Source: Nitrospirota bacterium (GTDB lineage: Bacteria; Nitrospirota; UBA9217). From it: 64,000 nt of DNA. The stretch lies in the NCBI GenBank assembly GCA_963796285.1, contig CAWCKW010000006.1:64001-128000 (forward strand), given 5' to 3'. The notes beneath the pieces are model-generated. The model worked only from the letters and a program-made list of their open reading frames with translations, was not told the DNA's origin and did not search any database. Positions within the stretch are counted from its first letter, which is position 1. Every line of letters begins with the position of its first letter. Below are positions 1 through 11,124 of the stretch, piece by piece. A program made the position numbers and the translations under genes.

Positions 1-105
1 ATCAGGATTTGCGGATGGATTATCTACCGTTTCAGTGTGATATGTGGATTATTTTCTATATTATTGAAAAATAATCATTAATTGGCTGTGACCGGAAAGA
101 TTATT

Positions 106-1173
106 ATGTTGGAAGGCTCACTAAGAATACCTCAAGAATGGCGCGAGAGCGCTGAAGAGATCGCTTTCCATGGCGGGCCGGCACTTGTCATCGGCGCGCC
201 GGGATCGGGCAAAACAACATTCTGCCTCTATCTTGCCGGCCTTTTCTGCAGATCCGGTAAAAAGGTCGTTTTTATCGATGCGGATCCGGGTCAGCCCTTC
301 ATCGGCCCGCCGGCAGTGATTTCGCTTACGGCCTATACCGATGCAACAGATCTGCTGAAGCGCACGAACCCGATGATCATGAGCTTTGTCGGCAACACTT
401 CGCCCGTCGGCCGCCTGCTTGAGATGATCTCGGGTCTCCAGAAATTGTACGCGCTGGCACAGTCGCTCGAGCCCGGTCTGGTCCTTATCAATACCTGCGG
501 ACTCGTGAATGGCGGCGCTGCACGCGAGCTCAAATTCCATGAGATCGACATGCTTTCTCCCCGCTCGGTGATCGCCCTGCAGAAGGGGACCGAGGTCGAG
601 CATCTGCTCGCCCCGCATGCGCACCGGGCCGGATTGATCATTCACCGCCTCCCCATATCGCCCGACGCGCGGATTTCGACCGCGGAAGCGCGGCGTGCCT
701 CCCGGGAACTTCGCTTTAAGCAGTATTTCCGGGGCGGGGACTTTCAGGAGATCGCGCTCCATGACGTCGGGATCCACGGCTCAGGCCTGGGCACCGGCGA
801 GCGTCTGGGCTTCCGGGACATCAACCAACTTTCGAAGATCTTTCAGGCGATCGTGATCCATGCCGAGTTGTCCGCTGACAGGCTCTTTCTGATCATTGAG
901 GGGGAATATGTGGAAGATGAGCTCTACACGGCAAAGGAACAGTACAAGGTCCGGGAGGTCATGGTCGTTAAACGGTCAGAGCTGGACCACCTGCTCGTGG
1001 GGCTGAATGATGACCGCAACCTCTGCCATGGCCTCGGAATCCTGCGCACCATCGATCTGAAGGAACTGTCCATCCGGGTAATAACCCCGCTCCGGGACAT
1101 TTCCGGGGTACGGCATATATCGCTCGGGTCGCTCCGCGTCAGCCCTGCCGGAGGAGAACTGGGGCAAGTATAG
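106..1173 (+). CDS. Clp1/Grc3/Nol9-family polynucleotide 5'-OH kinase
   Basis: Walker A GAPGSGKT, DADPGQ motif, LINTCG Walker B-like segment, RRASRELRF clasp. ATG at 106 preferred over TTG at 82. Confidence 0.8.
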   Translation: MLEGSLRIPQEWRESAEEIAFHGGPALVIGAPGSGKTTFCLYLAGLFCRSGKKVVFIDADPGQPFIGPPAVISLTAYTDATDLLKRTNPMIMSFVGNTSPVGRLLEMISGLQKLYALAQSLEPGLVLINTCGLVNGGAARELKFHEIDMLSPRSVIALQKGTEVEHLLAPHAHRAGLIIHRLPISPDARISTAEARRASRELRFKQYFRGGDFQEIALHDVGIHGSGLGTGERLGFRDINQLSKIFQAIVIHAELSADRLFLIIEGEYVEDELYTAKEQYKVREVMVVKRSELDHLLVGLNDDRNLCHGLGILRTIDLKELSIRVITPLRDISGVRHISLGSLRVSPAGGELGQV

Positions 1174-1178
1174 TCCGA

Positions 1179-1194
1179 TGTTCCACGTGGAACA
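1179..1194. promoter_or_regulatory. parS site 1
   Basis: Perfect palindrome TGTTCCACGTGGAACA matching the bacterial parS consensus, 2.4 kb upstream of parA. Confidence 0.93.
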
Positions 1195-1425
1195 TTACTG
1201 TATGCGTTCGCTGACACGGGTGCGCATGACAGTACCAGTGGCAACATCAGGCTCTCAAGGCTCAATGAACAACAGACACAGTATGTTCTGATATGCTTTC
1301 GTTTTTATACACAGGAGTTAATCCGCAGTTATCCGTTGTTTCTCTGTGAAACCTTATTTATTCTTCCCACTCATTTTTCCGCAATATAACCCCACCTCTC
1401 AAATAGAGTTAAAATAAAACAACTG

Positions 1426-1469
1426 TTATGACCAATATCATATGCTTCTCCTTCCGCCTCCCGTATAAT
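1426..1469 (+). promoter_or_regulatory. CRP/FNR (HcpR-type) box plus -10 element of the hcp promoter
   Basis: TTATGA-N6-TCATAT at 1426-1443 and TATAAT at 1464-1469. The box centre lies about -41.5 from the predicted +1 (class II activator geometry). Confidence 0.6.
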
Positions 1470-1519
1470 CGGACCACATCAACGATAGACGATGTAATTT
1501 ATTCCTTGAGGAGGATACT

Positions 1520-3207
1520 ATGTTTTGTTATCAATGTGAACAGGCTTCAAACAGTAAAGCGTGCACCAAGATCGGCGTTTGCGGTAAAGACCCGGAGTTA
1601 TCATCACTTCAGGACCTCTTGATCTACTCCATGAAAGGCCTTTCGCTCGTTGCATTTGAAGGCAGGGGGCACGGCGTCGTGGACAAGGAAGTTAACCTCT
1701 TCCTGACCAAAGGGCTTTTTTCAACGCTCACGAACGTGGATTTTGATCCTAAACGGTTCGAAAAACTGATCAAGAAGAGCGTTGAGCTCCGCGAGGGGCT
1801 GAAGGCAAAGGTCACGGCAGCAGGAGGCAGGACTGACTTCGCGCACGGCAGCGTTTCCTTTAAACCTGCAGCGACCGTCGAGGCATTGGCGAAACAGGGC
1901 CGCGAGGTGAGAGAACGCGTGCCTGATGCAATGATCGACCCCGATATCCAGTCGCTCCAGGACATTCTTTTGTTTGGTCTCAAAGGCGTGGCTGCCTATG
2001 CAGATCATGCCCAGATCCTCGGGAAAACCGACGATTCCGTTTATGCGTTCATGGCCGAAGCTTTAGCAGCCATGACCGGTACCGATCTCGGCCTGAACGA
2101 ATGGGTTGCCCTCGTGCTGAAGTGCGGAGAGGTCAACCTCAAGGCCATGGAAATTCTCGACAGCGGCAATACCGGCACGTTCGGCCACCCGGTCCCGACC
2201 AAGGTCCCGCTTGGCGCGAAAAAAGGCAAGGCCATCCTTGTATCCGGCCATGACCTGAAAGACCTTGATATGATCCTGAAGCAGAGCGAGGGCAAGGGGA
2301 TCAATGTCTATACCCACGGTGAGATGCTGCCGGCCCATGGCTACCCGGGCCTCAAGAAATATCCCCATTTCTACGGCCATTACGGCACAGCATGGCAGAA
2401 CCAGCACAAAGAGTTCGCCCACTTCCCCGGCGCCATCGTGATGACCACGAACTGCATCCAGAAACCGCTGGCGTCGTACAAGGACAATCTCTTTACCTGC
2501 GGACTTGTGGGCTGGCCCGATGTGAAGCACATTGGAGACGGCAATTTTGCCTCCGTGATCGAGAAGTCCCTGTCGCTTCCGGGCTTCGCAGCCGACGCTC
2601 CGGGCAAGGAAGTATTCGCGGGCTTTGCGCGCAATGCCGTGCTCGGCGTGGCGGACAAGGTGATCGATCGGTCAAGGACGGGAAGATCCGCCACTTCTTC
2701 CTCGTGGGCGGGTGCGACGGCGCAAAGCCGGGCAGGAACTACTATACGGAATTCGTGGAAAAGGCGCCCAAGGACACGATCGTGATGACCCTGGCCTGCG
2801 GCAAGTTCCGATTCTTCGACAAGAACCTTGGGGACATCGGCGGCATCCCGCGGCTGCTCGACATCGGCCAGTGCAACGACGCATATTCGGCCGTCCAGAT
2901 CGCACTCGCGCTTTCAAAGGCCTTCAACATCGGCGTGAACGAACTGCCGCTGTCCCTCGTGCTCTCGTGGTACGAGCAGAAGGCCGTCGCCATCCTGCTC
3001 TCCCTGCTGCATTTGGGTATCAAGGACATCCGGCTCGGGCCGACGCTTCCGGCATTCATCACGCCGAACGTGCTCGACGTGCTGGTCAAGAACTTCGACA
3101 TCAAGCCCATTGCAGCAACAGCCGAAGAGGACCTCGAAACGATCCTCGGGCCTTGCTGGTCAAAGACAAAAGCGGAATGTGTGGAAGCTGAAGAAATGAC
3201 TGTCTGA
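1520..3207 (+). CDS. hcp: Hybrid cluster protein (hydroxylamine/NO reductase), one frameshift near 2668
   Basis: MFCYQCEQ...CTKIGVCGK start, THGEMLPAH, then [25 protein letters not shown] in a second frame. A one-base deletion at KVID(A)VK is probably an error. Confidence 0.93.
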
Positions 3208-3226
3208 TATCAATCAACTCTCGTTC

Positions 3227-3260
3227 CGGCAGGACGGAAAAACCGTCCTGCCGTTCTTTT
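3227..3260 (+). terminator. Intrinsic terminator after hcp
   Basis: CGGCAGGACGG-AAAAA-CCGTCCTGCCG followed by TTCTTTT. Confidence 0.75.
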
Positions 3261-3314
3261 GTGGAGATCCGTTGGTATCTACTTAGGCACAACCGCACTC
3301 AATGCCGAACCTTA

Positions 3315-3447
3315 TCGCGCAAAGCCGCAAAGTCGCAAAGAACGTCAACAACACGGGAAACTTGACACGTTTGTAAGAAAACAATCAAGCCTGATTCAGC
3401 ATATACACGAGACCCGCTTTCCTTTGCGACTTTGCGGCTTTGCGCGA
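3315..3447. repeat. Staggered dyad repeat (26-bp perfect inverted arms built from CGCAAAGN units)
   Basis: TCGCGCAAAGCCGCAAAGTCGCAAAG (3315-3340) and CTTTGCGACTTTGCGGCTTTGCGCGA (3422-3447). Confidence 0.85.
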
Positions 3448-3490
3448 GACGCCTTGCATTTGACCTAAATAATTACATTCCGGAATGGAA

Positions 3491-3506
3491 TGTTCCACGT
3501 GGAACA
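3491..3506. promoter_or_regulatory. parS site 2 (inside a 30-bp perfect palindrome, 3484-3513)
   Basis: TGTTCCACGTGGAACA about 100 bp upstream of parA. Confidence 0.95.
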
Positions 3507-3609
3507 TTCCATTGCCAGCCAGGTTTCTCTAATTTTTCCTTCCCTTTATCTTCTCCCTATGGTAAATTAATCGGGTTTTGTACAGTTACGCCAGAGGGGT
3601 TAGAGAAGC

Positions 3610-4527
3610 ATGGGCAGGGTCATAGCAGTAGCCAACCAAAAGGGCGGCGTGGGCAAGACCACGACCACCGTGAATGTCGCCGCATCGCTTGCTGCTGCAG
3701 AAAAAAAGGTGCTGCTCATCGACTCGGACCCCCAGGGCAATTCCTCAAGCGGCATGGGCATCGACCGGAGCGAGATCATCGGCAGCACCTATGACCTGTT
3801 CACCGGCAAAAAAACGCTCCAGGAGATAAAAAAATCAACCCACTTCCCCTGGCTCGATGTGGTCCCCGCGAAGATCGACCTGGTGGGCGTCGAGATAGAG
3901 CTCATCCAGTTGATCGCCCGCGAGCGGGTGCTCAAGAAGGCGATCGCAAGCTTCCGGAACGATTACGACTATATCCTCATCGACTGCCCGCCGTCACTCG
4001 GCCTGCTCACCGTCAACGCGCTGACCGCGGCAGACGGGGTGCTGATCCCGGTTCAGTGCGAATACTATGCCCTCGAGGGACTTACAGCGCTCATGAACAC
4101 CATCACGCTTATCAAACAGGACCTGAACCCCGACCTTGCCATCGAAGGCGTGCTCCTGACCATGTTCGACAGCAGGAACAATCTTGCCTCTCAGGTGGCG
4201 CAGGAAGTGCGCAAGTATTTCGGCAACAAGGTCTACACCACCGTCATCCACCGGAACGTAGCCCTCTCCGAGGCGCCGAGCCACGGTAAGCCCGTGCTCC
4301 TGTACGATATCCGGTCCCGGGGAGCGCAAAGCTACCTGGAGCTTGCAAAGGAGGTCATCACACAATGCAAAAGCAGGCGCTCGGTAAAGGACTCGGCGCG
4401 CTTATACCCGACCTTTCCTCGCTCGACGACAAAGCGCGAAAGGCCCTCGGCATCCACGAGATCGAGCTGGACAAGATCGTGCCGAACGAGTACCAGCCAA
4501 GAAAAACGTTTCAAAATGAGAGCCTGA
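3610..4527 (+). CDS. parA: ParA/Soj chromosome partitioning ATPase (true stop probably TAA at 4385-4387; extra base near 4363)
   Basis: NQKGGVGKTTT, DSDPQGN, DCPPSLG, QCEYYALEG, EAPSHG. The run-on C-terminus overlapping parB suggests an indel. Confidence 0.93.
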   Translation: MGRVIAVANQKGGVGKTTTTVNVAASLAAAEKKVLLIDSDPQGNSSSGMGIDRSEIIGSTYDLFTGKKTLQEIKKSTHFPWLDVVPAKIDLVGVEIELIQLIARERVLKKAIASFRNDYDYILIDCPPSLGLLTVNALTAADGVLIPVQCEYYALEGLTALMNTITLIKQDLNPDLAIEGVLLTMFDSRNNLASQVAQEVRKYFGNKVYTTVIHRNVALSEAPSHGKPVLLYDIRSRGAQSYLELAKEVITQCKSRRSVKDSARLYPTFPRSTTKRERPSASTRSSWTRSCRTSTSQEKRFKMRA

Positions 4528-5212
4528 AAGAGCTTGCCGCTTCGATAAAAGAGCACGGGGTGATCCAACCCGTCATCGTTCACCGGATCGGGACGAACTA
4601 TGGCCTCATCGCCGGTGAACGCCGGTGGCGCGCCGCGCGTCTTGCGGGGCTCAAGACCATACCGGCGCTCGTCAAAGAGGCGACCAAGCGCGAGCTCATC
4701 GAGCAGGCCCTTATAGAGAACATCCAGCGCGAGGACCTGAACCCGCTCGAGGCTGCCGAGGCGTACAAGCGGCTCCAGGACGAGTTCAAGCTTACGCAGG
4801 AAGACCTCGCGAAGCGCGTGGGAAAAGAACGGTCAACGGTCACGAACTTTCTCCGGATCCTCGGCCTTCCCAAGGAATTGAAGCAGAGCCTCGCTACCGG
4901 CGCTCTCAGCATGGGCCACGCCAAAGCGCTTCTGTCGCTCGAACGCGTGCGCGACCAGATCCAGGCCGCGTCTGCGATCGTGAAGAAGGGTCTCTCGGTG
5001 CGCGAGGCCGAAGCGCTCGCCGGCCGGCTCAAGAACCCGGCAAAGGAGAACAAAGTCGCGTCAAAGCCAGGAACTGAAATCCGTGGAAGAGAAGCTCAAG
5101 AAAGTCGCTCGGCACCAAGGTGAGCATCATAACGAAGGCCAAAGGCGGCAGGATCGTGATCGAGTACTATTCTGCCGAAGAGCTGGACAGGATGCTGGAA
5201 AAGATCGGGTAA
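4365..5212 (+). CDS. parB: ParB/Spo0J, with indels near 5060-5105
   Basis: LGKGLGALI, NEYQPRK, IAGERRWRA, ENIQREDLNPLE. C-terminus GTKVSI...GGRIVIEYYSAEELDRMLEKIG* lies in shifted frames. Confidence 0.93.
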
Positions 5213-5342
5213 AAAGAAATTACCCAGCCCACTCACCAATAAGACTGGACGCTACAAAGAAAAGATGTGGAACTATTAAATAATTCGTATCTTGGTCGGT
5301 TTCGTGGTAAAGTAGATAACGAATTTTAGGGAGGGTCCATTC

Positions 5343-5738
5343 ATGTTGAAAAAGGGTTCAGGCACACCAGAACAGTCCGAGATCTCTGCTTTCCTGGGCA
5401 AAGGCACGGAGTTTAAAGGAGTGCTCAGCTTCGAGGGCACCATCCGCGTTGACGGCAAAATTGAGGGAGAGGTCATCTCCAAGGACACGCTCATCGCCGG
5501 CGACGGCGCATTTCTCCAGGGCGAGATCTCCGTGGGCACGATCATATCGAGCGGCAAGGTCGTCGGCAACATCAATGCCAGCCAGCAGGTGCACTTGCTC
5601 GCCCCGGCCAACATCCAGGGAAATATAAAGACGCCCAAGCTTATCATCGAAGAGGGCGTCACCTTCGACGGCAAGTGCGAGATGGCAGGTGAAAAGAGGT
5701 CCGCCGAGCAGAAGGTCGTGGCATTGAAGGAGAGATAA
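5343..5738 (+). CDS. Bactofilin (polymer-forming cytoskeletal protein)
   Basis: FLGKGTEFKGVLSFEGTIRVDGKIEGE...LIIEEGVTFDGKCEM beta-helix pattern; GGAGG RBS. Confidence 0.88.
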   Translation: MLKKGSGTPEQSEISAFLGKGTEFKGVLSFEGTIRVDGKIEGEVISKDTLIAGDGAFLQGEISVGTIISSGKVVGNINASQQVHLLAPANIQGNIKTPKLIIEEGVTFDGKCEMAGEKRSAEQKVVALKER

Positions 5739-6011
5739 GAAGTAATGAATTAAAGATGCTGCGTGGATCTTTACATAGTACTCACCGGCTATGCGAATCT
5801 TTCCATTCTGCAGATACGAATATACTCAGGATACGATCGCTGTCCATGACCACTGATCGCGCACTTCAGTGTTGTCGGCAGGTCGAGCGAAAAGGTAACC
5901 AACAGAGAACCGACCACGAGATATTGAAATTTAATAACAAACAAATCAACCCATCGCCGAAAAGGGCGCGGGATAATTTAATCGTTCTGATGTAACAATG
6001 GACCCCCTGTT

Positions 6012-9000
6012 ATGACGCTAATTCATCTCTATCGCACCCCCGCGCTATCCGCCTATCAAACCGCCGACCTGCTCTCGACCGCTAAACAGATTGTTTCTCC
6101 CGCCATCACCGGGATCGAAACTGAATTCTGCTTTAACATTGCCGTAAAAAGCCGCCTTATTAAGGACGAGATTCGCCTGCTCCGCTGGCTCCTGGCCGAG
6201 ACCTTTGAGCCGAAACAGTTTTCAGATTCTTCCTTTCTCACACCGCACTCCGCGCACCATACCCCGCACTTGATTTTAGAGGTCGGTCCCCGCATGAACT
6301 TCACCACTGCCTGGTCAACGAACGCGGTCTCGGTCTGCCACGCCTGCGGACTCGGAAAGATCACGAGGATCGAGCGCTCCCGGCGATACCGTCTCGATCT
6401 TGCCAAAGATATAGCGCTAACAAAGGATCAGGAAACCGCTTTTCTTGCCCTTGTCCACGACCGCATGACCGAATGCCCTTATCCCGCACCGCTCAAAACC
6501 TTCGAGACCGGGATCAAACCGGAAGCCGGTGCGCGTTATTCCGCTCATGGAACAGGGAAGGTCGGCCCTCGAAAAGATCAACCGCGAAATGGGGCTGGGG
6601 CTCGATGACTGGGACCTGGATTACTACACCAATCTTTTTGTAAAGGACATCAAGCGCAATCCCACGAACGTTGAGTGCTTCGACTTGTCACAATCGAACA
6701 GCGAACACTCGCGCCACTGGTTCTTCCGCGGCAAGCTCATCGTCGAAGGTAAGGAAATTCCCGGGAACCTGATGAAGATCGTCAAGGCCACCTACGACGC
6801 GAACCCGAACAACAGCGTCATTGCCTTCAGCGACAACTCGAGCGCCATTACGGGATACGACATCACCACCATCATCCCCGAGATCGTCGGGAAACCATCC
6901 CCGTTCCGTGAGGCGAAACGTAAGTACCATATCATATTTACCGCCGAGACGCACAACTTCCCCTCGGGCGTAGCGCCCTTTCCCGGGGCCGAGACCGGCA
7001 CGGGCGGCCGCATCCGCGACGTGCAGGCAACAGGCACGGGCGGCCTCGTGGTCGCGGGCACGGCGGCCTACTGCGTGGGCAACCTCCGCATTCCGGGCTA
7101 CGAGCTTCCCTGGGAAGACGCAGCATATTCCTATCCGCATAATCTCGCGTCGCCGCTTCGGATCGAGGTCGAGGCCAGCAACGGCGCATCGGACTACGGC
7201 AACAAGTTCGGCGAGCCCGTGATCCAGGGCTTCACCCGCTCCTTCGGCCTCCGCCTGCCTGACGGCGAGCGGAGAGAATGGATCAAGCCGATCATGTTCA
7301 GCGCCGGCGTGGGCCAGATGGACTCCCGCCACACGGACAAAACAGAAGCGCGGAAGGGCATGCTCGTGGTCAAGGTCGGCGGCCCGGCCTACCGCATCGG
7401 CATGGGCGGCGGAGCGGCCTCGTCCATGATCCAGGGCGAGAACATCGCCGAGCTCGACTTCAACGCGGTGCAGCGCGGCGACGCCGAGATGGAGCAGAAG
7501 ATGAACCGCGTGATCCGCGCCTGCGTGGAGCTTGGGGAGCGAAACCCGATCCAGAGCATCCACGACCAGGGCGCGGGCGGCAACTGCAATGTGGTGAAAG
7601 AGATCGTGCACCCCGCAGGAGCGAAGATCGATATCCGCAAGGTCCTGGTGGGCGACAACACGCTCTCGGTTCTTGAGATCTGGGGCGCGGAATATCAGGA
7701 GCAGAACGCGCTCCTCTTGAAACCCGAACACGAAGGACTTTTCCGCTCGCTCTGTGATCGCGAGAAAGTGCCCATGGCGATCATCGGCACGATCACCGGC
7801 AACGGCTACATCGTGCTCTATGACGAGATGGTCAACTCGACACCGGAGAACCTCGAACTCTCCAAAGTGCTCGGGGACATGCCGCAGAAGGTGTTCAAGC
7901 TCGACAGAAAGAAGACAAAGCTCAAACCGCTCAAACTTCCAAAAGACCTCACCATACGCGCAGCGCTCGACCGTGTGCTCCGTCTCATCTCCGTAGGCTC
8001 CAAGCGCTTTCTCACGAACAAAGTTGACCGCTCGGTCACCGGCTTGATCGCGCAGCAGCAGTGCGCGGGTCCGCTCCAGCTTACGGTGTCCGACGTTGCA
8101 GTGATCGCCCAGTCTCACTTCGGACTGACCGGCGCCGCGATCTCCATCGGCGAGCAACCCGTAAAGGGGTTGATCGACCCTGCCGCCATGGCCAGGATGA
8201 GCGTGGGCGAGGCGCTCACGAACCTCGTATGGGCCCGGGTGAGCGGACTCGGCGATATCCGTTGCTCCGCAAACTGGATGTGGGCGCCGAAGCTCCCCGG
8301 CGAAGGCGCGAGGCTCTATGACGCCGCTGTTGCCATGCGCGACATGATGATCGAACTCGGCATGGCCGTGGACGGCGGCAAGGACAGCCTGTCCATGGCC
8401 GCAAAAGTAACGAACTCCGACGGTTCTCACGAGACCGTGAAATCGCCCGGCGCGCTCGTGATATCGGCCTACGTCACCTGCCCGGACATCACCAAGACAG
8501 TGACCCCGGACCTCAAGGCGCCGGGAAAAAGCAACCTCCTGTTCATCGACCTCGGCATGGGAAATAACCGGCTTGGCGGTTCCGCGCTTGCCCAGGTTTT
8601 CGGTCAGGTGGGTGACACATCGCCGGACGCTCGACGATCCCCTGCTTCTGGCCAGGGCGTTTAATGCCGTGCAGATACTGGTTGCTGACGAACTGATCCT
8701 CGCGGGCCATGACCGCTCTGACGGAGGACTCATCACCACGCTGCTCGAAATGGCCTTTGCCGGAAACTGCGGCATTGATATCGATTTGGGCAGACAACAG
8801 AAGGAGAATGAGATCGCTTCTCTGTTCTCCGAAGAACTGGGACTGGTGATCGAATACCTTCCGTCAAACGAAGCAGAAATAATCTCTATTCTCTATAAGG
8901 CCGCGTTGCCATTCCAGGTAATCGGCACAACCACCCCGGAGATGACAATCAACATCGCCGTGAATCAAGACGCCTGTTCTTTCAGAAAGATATGCTTGTG

Positions 9001-9972
9001 CTCCGTGACCTCTGGGAAGAGACAAGCTACCAGCTCGACCTGTTGCAGCGCAATCCCCAGAACATCCGTGAAGAGCGCAGGAACATCTTCGACCGCAACG
9101 GCCCGTCCTTTGTCATTCCTTTTACGCCGACGCAAACATCCGAGGAAGACTTCTGTAGGGTCAAGAAACCCAAAGTCGCGATCATCCGCGAAGAGGGGAG
9201 TAACGGGGACCGCGAGATGGTATCGGCCTTCTTTCTCGCAGGCTTCGAGCCCTGGGACGTGACCGTCACCGATCTGCTCGGTGGCCGCATCATGCTTGAC
9301 CAGTTCCGCGGTGTGGTGTTTGTCGGAGGATTCAGCTATGCGGATGTGCTCGACTCGGCCAAGGGTTGGGCAGCTTCGCTCCGCTTCAATAAGAAAGTCT
9401 GGGACCAGCTCGATACATTCTATCACCGCCCCGATACCTTCAGCCTCGGTGTGTGCAACGGCTGCCAGCTTATGGCCTTGCTCGGCTGGGTGCCCTGGCG
9501 CGGCATAGCGGACGAGCTCCAGCCGCGCTTCATTCACAACAAGTCAGGCCGCTTCGAATCCCGCTTCTCGACGGTGAAGATCCTGAAAAGCCCATCGATC
9601 ATGCTGCAGGGCATGGAGAATTCCGTGCTCGGCATCTGGGTGGCCCACGGTGAAGGGCTGGCCTACTTCCCTGACAAGAACATGTTCAACGAATGCGAAC
9701 ACGGCCTTGCGCCGATCCGCTATGTGGACGATGGATCAAAGATCACCGAAGCCTATCCCTTCAATCCGAACGGCTCTCCCGCGGGCATTGCCGGGCTCTG
9801 CTCCCCTGACGGACGCCACCTTGCCATGATGCCCCATCCTGAACGCACCGTGCTCACCTGGCAGTGGGGATGGCTGCCGGAAGAACTCAAGAACTCCCTT
9901 ACTGCCTCTCCGTGGATCAAGATGTTCCAGAACGCCCGGGCATGGTGCGAGAATATAAAAGATCGAAAATAA
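6012..9972 (+). CDS. purL: Large-type phosphoribosylformylglycinamidine synthase, indels near 6525, 8629 and 8970-8990
   Basis: EVGPR, SNSEHSRHWFF, AETHNFP, GAETGTGGRIRD, SIHDQGAGG, GHDRSDGG, GGFSYAD, GVCNGCQ, MMPHPER found across four ORF pieces. Confidence 0.93.
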
Positions 9973-10221
9973 AGACAAAATTTACACATTGGTCCTGGAC
10001 TTCATTATGCCAAATAAGAGCGGTAAAGAGGTCTATGATGCGTTTATGCAAATGGGATTCAACATCAAAATACTTTGTATCAGCGGATATACTGCCGATA
10101 TGCTTCAAAAAGGGGGGTGATGGAAGATGGCGTAAATTTTCTCTACAGGTTTGTTTCGCCCAATGATCTCTTGTAAAATACGACGGACGTAGTGCGCTAG
10201 CAAGGCACTGGCCAGATACCC

Positions 10222-10959
10222 TTAGTCCAGCGACACCACGAAGCTGCCTGAATATCCGCGCTCCTCCAGGTTCTGCTCTGCCGTTTCAGCGGACCTCAAC
10301 GACGAATGCTTGCCAACATAGACCCGATAGAAGTGCTCGCCTCTTAACCAAGCCGAATGAACTTCCGAGAAACCATATATCTTCTTCATTTCCCCGGAAA
10401 GCCTTTCCGCATTCCTGGGATCGGAAAATGCGCCGATCTGGACGGTATAATTTCCGGCATCATAGTTCTCCAGTTCGTTATACTGATCTGCACCGCTACC
10501 GCGATAACCCAGCGCTACGACCCTTACCGGCGCTGTTCCCGCAATATCGACACCGAGCAACTTTGCCGCTGAATAGGACAGATCGATGATCCGCCCTTTT
10601 ACAAACGGACCCCGGTCATTGACACGCACGATGGCCTCATGACCGTTGGCAGTGTTCGTCACCCTGACAAATACCCCGAGCGGCAACGTCTTGTGCGCCG
10701 CGGTCATGGCGTGCATGTCGTAAGTCTCGCCATTGCTCGTTTTTTTACCGTTGAAATCATCTCCGTACCAGCTTGCGATGCCGGTCTGAACGAAGCCCGC
10801 ATGAGTTTGCAGCGGCTCATATCGCTGGCCCAGAACGGTATAGGGCCGTTGATACGCCTTTTGCCGGGATTCCGGCGGTTTCGCTACCGGGGTCTTTTTC
10901 GGTGCGCACGCCGACACCAGCATGACACAACACATGAACAGTATGCACCGCCTCATCAT
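10222..10959 (-). CDS. rlpA: Septal ring lytic transglycosylase RlpA family lipoprotein with SPOR domain
   Basis: Lipobox VSAC, GIASWYG, TAAHKTLP, VNDRGPF, IIDLS; C-terminal VQIGAF SPOR domain. Confidence 0.92.
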   Translation of the reverse strand: MMRRCILFMCCVMLVSACAPKKTPVAKPPESRQKAYQRPYTVLGQRYEPLQTHAGFVQTGIASWYGDDFNGKKTSNGETYDMHAMTAAHKTLPLGVFVRVTNTANGHEAIVRVNDRGPFVKGRIIDLSYSAAKLLGVDIAGTAPVRVVALGYRGSGADQYNELENYDAGNYTVQIGAFSDPRNAERLSGEMKKIYGFSEVHSAWLRGEHFYRVYVGKHSSLRSAETAEQNLEERGYSGSFVVSLD

Positions 10960-11124
10960 CCCGCCATACCCCTTGCTCTTTTTATCAACCCCGTGTATTA
11001 TCTTGCGCAGTACCGCGTGCGAAGACGGCCTGTGGTGCTATCATACAAACTATTGACCAGCAGGGCAACAGAAAAAAACCCGCTTTCCCGACAACACAAC
11101 TTTCCTGCATAAGGAGGCGCGTCC

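Noticed and set aside
3315-3447. CRISPR array or IS terminal repeats
   Set aside because: These are inverted arms of short tandem units, with no direct repeat-spacer periodicity, cas gene or transposase.
6688-8775. 695-aa antisense ORF (and similar long antisense ORFs such as 17444-19720)
   Set aside because: These are shadows of GC3-biased genuine genes on the opposite strand, with no recognisable motifs.
2660-9000. Programmed frameshifting in hcp, parB or purL
   Set aside because: No slippery heptamers are present at the break points, and the many scattered indels are better explained by sequencing error.
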